DNA of 64,000 nucleotides from an uncultured Bacilli bacterium (GTDB lineage Bacteria; Bacillota_I; Bacilli_A; RF39; UBA660): NCBI GenBank assembly GCA_934096715.1, contig CAKOMQ010000004.1, positions 2,051 to 66,050 of the forward strand, read 5' to 3'. Shown piece by piece: positions 60,721 to 64,000 of this stretch (position 1 is its first letter; each line of letters starts with the position of its first letter). The notes under the pieces were generated by a model. It saw only the letters and a program-made list of their open reading frames with translations, ran no database searches and was not told where the DNA came from. The position numbers and the translations under genes were made by a program.

Positions 60721-61846
60721 TCCTTAGCTTAATAGAAGATATAACTAAACAAATAATAATAAATATAATTAAACTAATTAAGTCTTTTGTATATCTAGTT
60801 AAAGTATCATAATAGTATAATGAATAGAATCCATCAGTTATCATATTATTTGGATTAATCATATTAATAAATGGAATAAACTTATCAATCATATATTTCA
60901 TTTGAACACCTATCATACCTGATAAGACTGATAAGAACATAGATACTGCGATAATTATGCCAATTTTAGTATTTTCTGATACTCTAAATATAGAAGATAT
61001 AAGAATACCTAGGGAAATACCTGCTAAATCTCCTACTAAACTTAATATAATAATAAGTGGTAAGTTAGTACCGAAGTCAGCATTAATAATAAATTTTAAA
61101 AATAATATAAGAATAAATATTCCAATTAAAGATACTATGTAAGAAGATAAAGCAGAAGTTAAGACTATAGTACTCTTTTTATTAGGAGATACTGCGATAC
61201 GTTTACCTTTGTTACTCATATTAGCTAAAGAATTATTAATAGCAGTAAGCCCTATCATACCCCCATACATACATGCCATAGCTATTAGAGTATAATATTC
61301 TACTTGCATATAACTTAAATTACTATTAGATATATTATTTAAATATTCTTTGTTAGTATTTATTTTATCTACTATAGTATTTACTATATCATAGTTACCT
61401 TCTTTAATACTTTTATCTACTATATTATTCATAATATCTATATTAGTAGTTATTTCATTAATAACAAAACTTATAACAGTTTCTTTAGTACCATTATCTT
61501 TAATTATAATTACTGGTCCACTATCTTGAAAATTTATAATACCATGAGTATTACCTTCTTCTAAACTAATTCTTGCATCTTTTAGAGATTTATATTCTAT
61601 ATTAAATAGTTTATCTTCTCCACTAGTTAAACTATTTAGAGTATCTATATAAATATCTTTATATTTATATTCAGAATTATCTACAATACTTAAGTTTATA
61701 GTACCTAACATTTCATCTTTTTCTATATTAGAAAATGCCATATTAAAGAATATAGCTAATATAATAGGAAACATATAAGTCCAAAATATTAGAGTTTTAT
61801 TTCTAAATAAGGATTTAATATTATATTTTAAATTATGTAGAATCAT
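60698..61846 (-). CDS. ABC-2 type transporter permease
   Basis: 382 aa, same architecture. Its ends overlap both neighbours. Confidence 0.7.
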   Translation of the reverse strand: MILHNLKYNIKSLFRNKTLIFWTYMFPIILAIFFNMAFSNIEKDEMLGTINLSIVDNSEYKYKDIYIDTLNSLTSGEDKLFNIEYKSLKDARISLEEGNTHGIINFQDSGPVIIIKDNGTKETVISFVINEITTNIDIMNNIVDKSIKEGNYDIVNTIVDKINTNKEYLNNISNSNLSYMQVEYYTLIAMACMYGGMIGLTAINNSLANMSNKGKRIAVSPNKKSTIVLTSALSSYIVSLIGIFILILFLKFIINADFGTNLPLIIILSLVGDLAGISLGILISSIFRVSENTKIGIIIAVSMFLSVLSGMIGVQMKYMIDKFIPFINMINPNNMITDGFYSLYYYDTLTRYTKDLISLIIFIIICLVISSIKLRSEKYDSI

Positions 61847-62607
61847 TAGTCTCTTAATTCCTTTCCTGTAAGAGATAAGAATACATCATTTAAAGTAGGA
61901 CCTACTCGTACCATTTTTTCTTCTATATGAGCTTTTTTCTTTAGTTCGTCACTTGTACCTTCAGCAATAATTTTTCCTTTATCTAAGATAATAATTCTAT
62001 CACAAAGTATTTCTACTTCTTCCATATAATGAGTAGTATATATAATAGTAGCTCCTTCATCTCTTAGTTTTTTTATACCATCTAAGATATTATTCCTACT
62101 TTGAGGATCGACTGCCACAGTTGGTTCATCTAAGAATATTAATTTAGGTTTATGAGCTATACCACAAGCTATATTAAGTCTACGGAGTAAACCACCAGAT
62201 AATTCTTTAGGATAATATTTTTTAAAGTCAGTTAGTCCAACTAATTTAATAGCATCTTCTACATATTCTTTTCTTTTATTTTTATCACTTATATATAAAC
62301 CACAGAAATAATTTATATTATCATAGACACTTAGTTCATCAAATACTGCGACATCTTGAAATATTACTCCAATATTTCTTTTTATATCATAACTATCCGA
62401 TTCCATAGGTTTACCAAATATTTTTATTTCGCCATTTTGATACTTAAGAAGTGATAATAAACAATTAATCGTTGTAGACTTTCCACTACCATTAGGCCCT
62501 AATAACCCAAGTATTTCATTTTCATAAACATAGAATGATAAATTGTCTACTGCTTTCTTTCCTTTATATTCTTTTATTAAATTATTAACTTCAATAACCT
62601 TTTTCAT
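61846..62607 (-). CDS. ABC transporter ATP-binding protein
   Basis: 253 aa. GPNGSGKST, LSGGLLRR, IFLDEPT. Confidence 0.85.
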   Translation of the reverse strand: MKKVIEVNNLIKEYKGKKAVDNLSFYVYENEILGLLGPNGSGKSTTINCLLSLLKYQNGEIKIFGKPMESDSYDIKRNIGVIFQDVAVFDELSVYDNINYFCGLYISDKNKRKEYVEDAIKLVGLTDFKKYYPKELSGGLLRRLNIACGIAHKPKLIFLDEPTVAVDPQSRNNILDGIKKLRDEGATIIYTTHYMEEVEILCDRIIILDKGKIIAEGTSDELKKKAHIEEKMVRVGPTLNDVFLSLTGKELRD

Positions 62608-62637
62608 ATTAACCTTACTTTCTATTTAAAATATTTT

Positions 62638-62763
62638 TTATTGTATACTAAATGTATAATTTGCTACTAGATTAGCGTTAATACCACTTTTTCTTATAAT
62701 ATATTCTTCCGTAGTTTTCTTTACTGCACTCAGAATATAAACACCATATATAACACTTGTCAT
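62638..62763 (-). CDS. Possible 41-aa small membrane peptide upstream of the ABC-2 operon
   Basis: Own translation: MTSVIYGVYILSAVKKTTEEYIIRKSGINANLVANYTFSIQ. GGAG lies ~9 nt upstream and the ORF ends 30 nt before the ATPase start. Below the ORF-track cutoff. Confidence 0.2.
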   Translation of the reverse strand: MTSVIYGVYILSAVKKTTEEYIIRKSGINANLVANYTFSIQ

Positions 62764-62818
62764 AAGTATAACTCCAAAGAAAAAAAATTACAAAGTATTC
62801 TTTTGTAATTTTCAAATT

Positions 62819-64000
62819 TTATTCATCTTTAAAGTGTTTCATTATTCTTAGAGTATTTAAAATAGTTAAAAGAGTTACACCTGTATCAGCAAATACTGCT
62901 CCCCACATATTAGCAAGGCCAATAACACTAAGAATTAGAATTATTAATTTAACACTCATAGCAAATATTAAATTTTCTTTAATTATCTTTTTAGTATATT
63001 TAGATATTCTTATAGCTAAAGGAATTCTATCTAGTTCATCTTTCATTAACACTATATCAGAAGCTTCAATTGCTGAATCTGTACCAATATTACCAAGTGA
63101 TATGCCTATGTCAGCTCTTTTTAAAACAGGTGCATCATTTATTCCATCTCCAACAAATATAGTTAAATCTCCATCTTTACTAACATTTTCATAATTTTTG
63201 TATTTGTCTGTTGGTAACATTTCATATTTAATTTCATCTATTCCTAGTTTCTTACCGATACTTAACGCAACATCTTTTTTATCTCCAGTAAACATATATG
63301 TTTTAATATTATTTTTCTTTAAGTACCCAATAGTTTCTTTTGCATGATCTTTTATACCATCATCTATAGTAAGAGATGCAATATGTTCATTATTTATATT
63401 TAAATGAAGTGATGCATCACATTTACACTTACATAGTTTACTATTACCTATTAAGATAGATTTATTACCTACTTTATAAGATATTCCCATACCTTCTATT
63501 TCTTTATAATCTTTTACTTTTAGTTCTTTATAATTATCTTTTAGTTTTAATATTGATTTTGCTATTGGATGAGTAGAATATTTTTCTCCATTAATTAAAA
63601 TATCTATTATTTCATCTTTAGTATACTTATCAGTAAATATATCTATTTTAGATACTGTAAATGTTCCATTTGTTAAAGTACCTGTTTTATCAAAAATAAT
63701 ATTCTTAGCATTACTTAAGTTATCTAAATAATTACTTCCTTTAATTAAGATACCCTTTTTACTACTTACACCAATACCTGTAAAGTAAGATAGTGGTATA
63801 GATATTGCAATAGCACATGGACATGATATAACTAAGAATGTTAGTCCCCTATAAAAACTTTCTGTAAATGTAATATCAACAATAAATGGTAGTAATATAG
63901 TAATAATTATAGCAAGAATTAACACTACAGGAGTATATATTTTACTGATTTTGGAAACAACCGTTTCCGTTTTAGCCTTCTTATCAGTAGCATTTTCTAA
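62819..64000 (-). CDS. Heavy-metal-translocating P1B-type ATPase (C-terminal part; 5' end outside the window)
   Basis: CPC motif (VISCPCAIAIS), DKTGTLT, GDGINDAP. The frame stays open upstream of the track's GTG at 63925 (..LENATDKKAKTETVVSKISKIYTPVV) to the window edge. Confidence 0.85.
   Translation of the reverse strand, partial: LENATDKKAKTETVVSKISKIYTPVVLILAIIITILLPFIVDITFTESFYRGLTFLVISCPCAIAISIPLSYFTGIGVSSKKGILIKGSNYLDNLSNAKNIIFDKTGTLTNGTFTVSKIDIFTDKYTKDEIIDILINGEKYSTHPIAKSILKLKDNYKELKVKDYKEIEGMGISYKVGNKSILIGNSKLCKCKCDASLHLNINNEHIASLTIDDGIKDHAKETIGYLKKNNIKTYMFTGDKKDVALSIGKKLGIDEIKYEMLPTDKYKNYENVSKDGDLTIFVGDGINDAPVLKRADIGISLGNIGTDSAIEASDIVLMKDELDRIPLAIRISKYTKKIIKENLIFAMSVKLIILILSVIGLANMWGAVFADTGVTLLTILNTLRIMKHFKDE

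Overview
Very AT-rich Bacillota-type chromosomal segment using the standard code (TGA is used as a stop). The backbone is ftsY, rnj, an IS30-family insertion, the rpe-rsgA-prkC-stp-rlmN...fmt operon, uppS, LCP and LtaS wall genes, tRNA-Gly(GCC), recG, PFOR (nifJ), eno, uvrA, mscS, an MMPL/TetR unit, two ABC exporter loci and a P1B-type ATPase.

Accessory content falls into three groups.

(i) A cell-surface island at 11.7-19.2 kb, with a further paralog at 44.8-46.4 kb. It has four type IV prepilin-like genes but no assembly ATPase, platform or prepilin peptidase. It also contains a three-member family sharing a C-terminal DUF1566/C-type-lectin-like module, fused either to a SipW-type (TasA-like) signal or to a prepilin N-terminus. 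In the two SipW-type copies, the last loop region of this module is a ~110-nt GC-rich, adenine-depleted patch of NNY codons that ends in an identical 18-nt block. This resembles the variable region of a diversity-generating retroelement, but no reverse transcriptase or template repeat is in this window.

(ii) An island at 23.9-29.3 kb, bounded by tRNA-Gly plus an orphan IS end on one side and recG on the other. It carries a frameshifted HD gene, an Abi-alpha-like gene, an XRE regulator, desulfoferrodoxin and a solo OLD-family ATPase-Toprim nuclease. The nuclease is preceded by a promoter-plus-terminator leader/sRNA candidate.

(iii) A 1511-aa orphan protein with three internal repeats and a C-terminal archaeal-CCA-enzyme-like Pol-beta nucleotidyltransferase.

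No CRISPR array, rRNA or prophage structural genes were seen.
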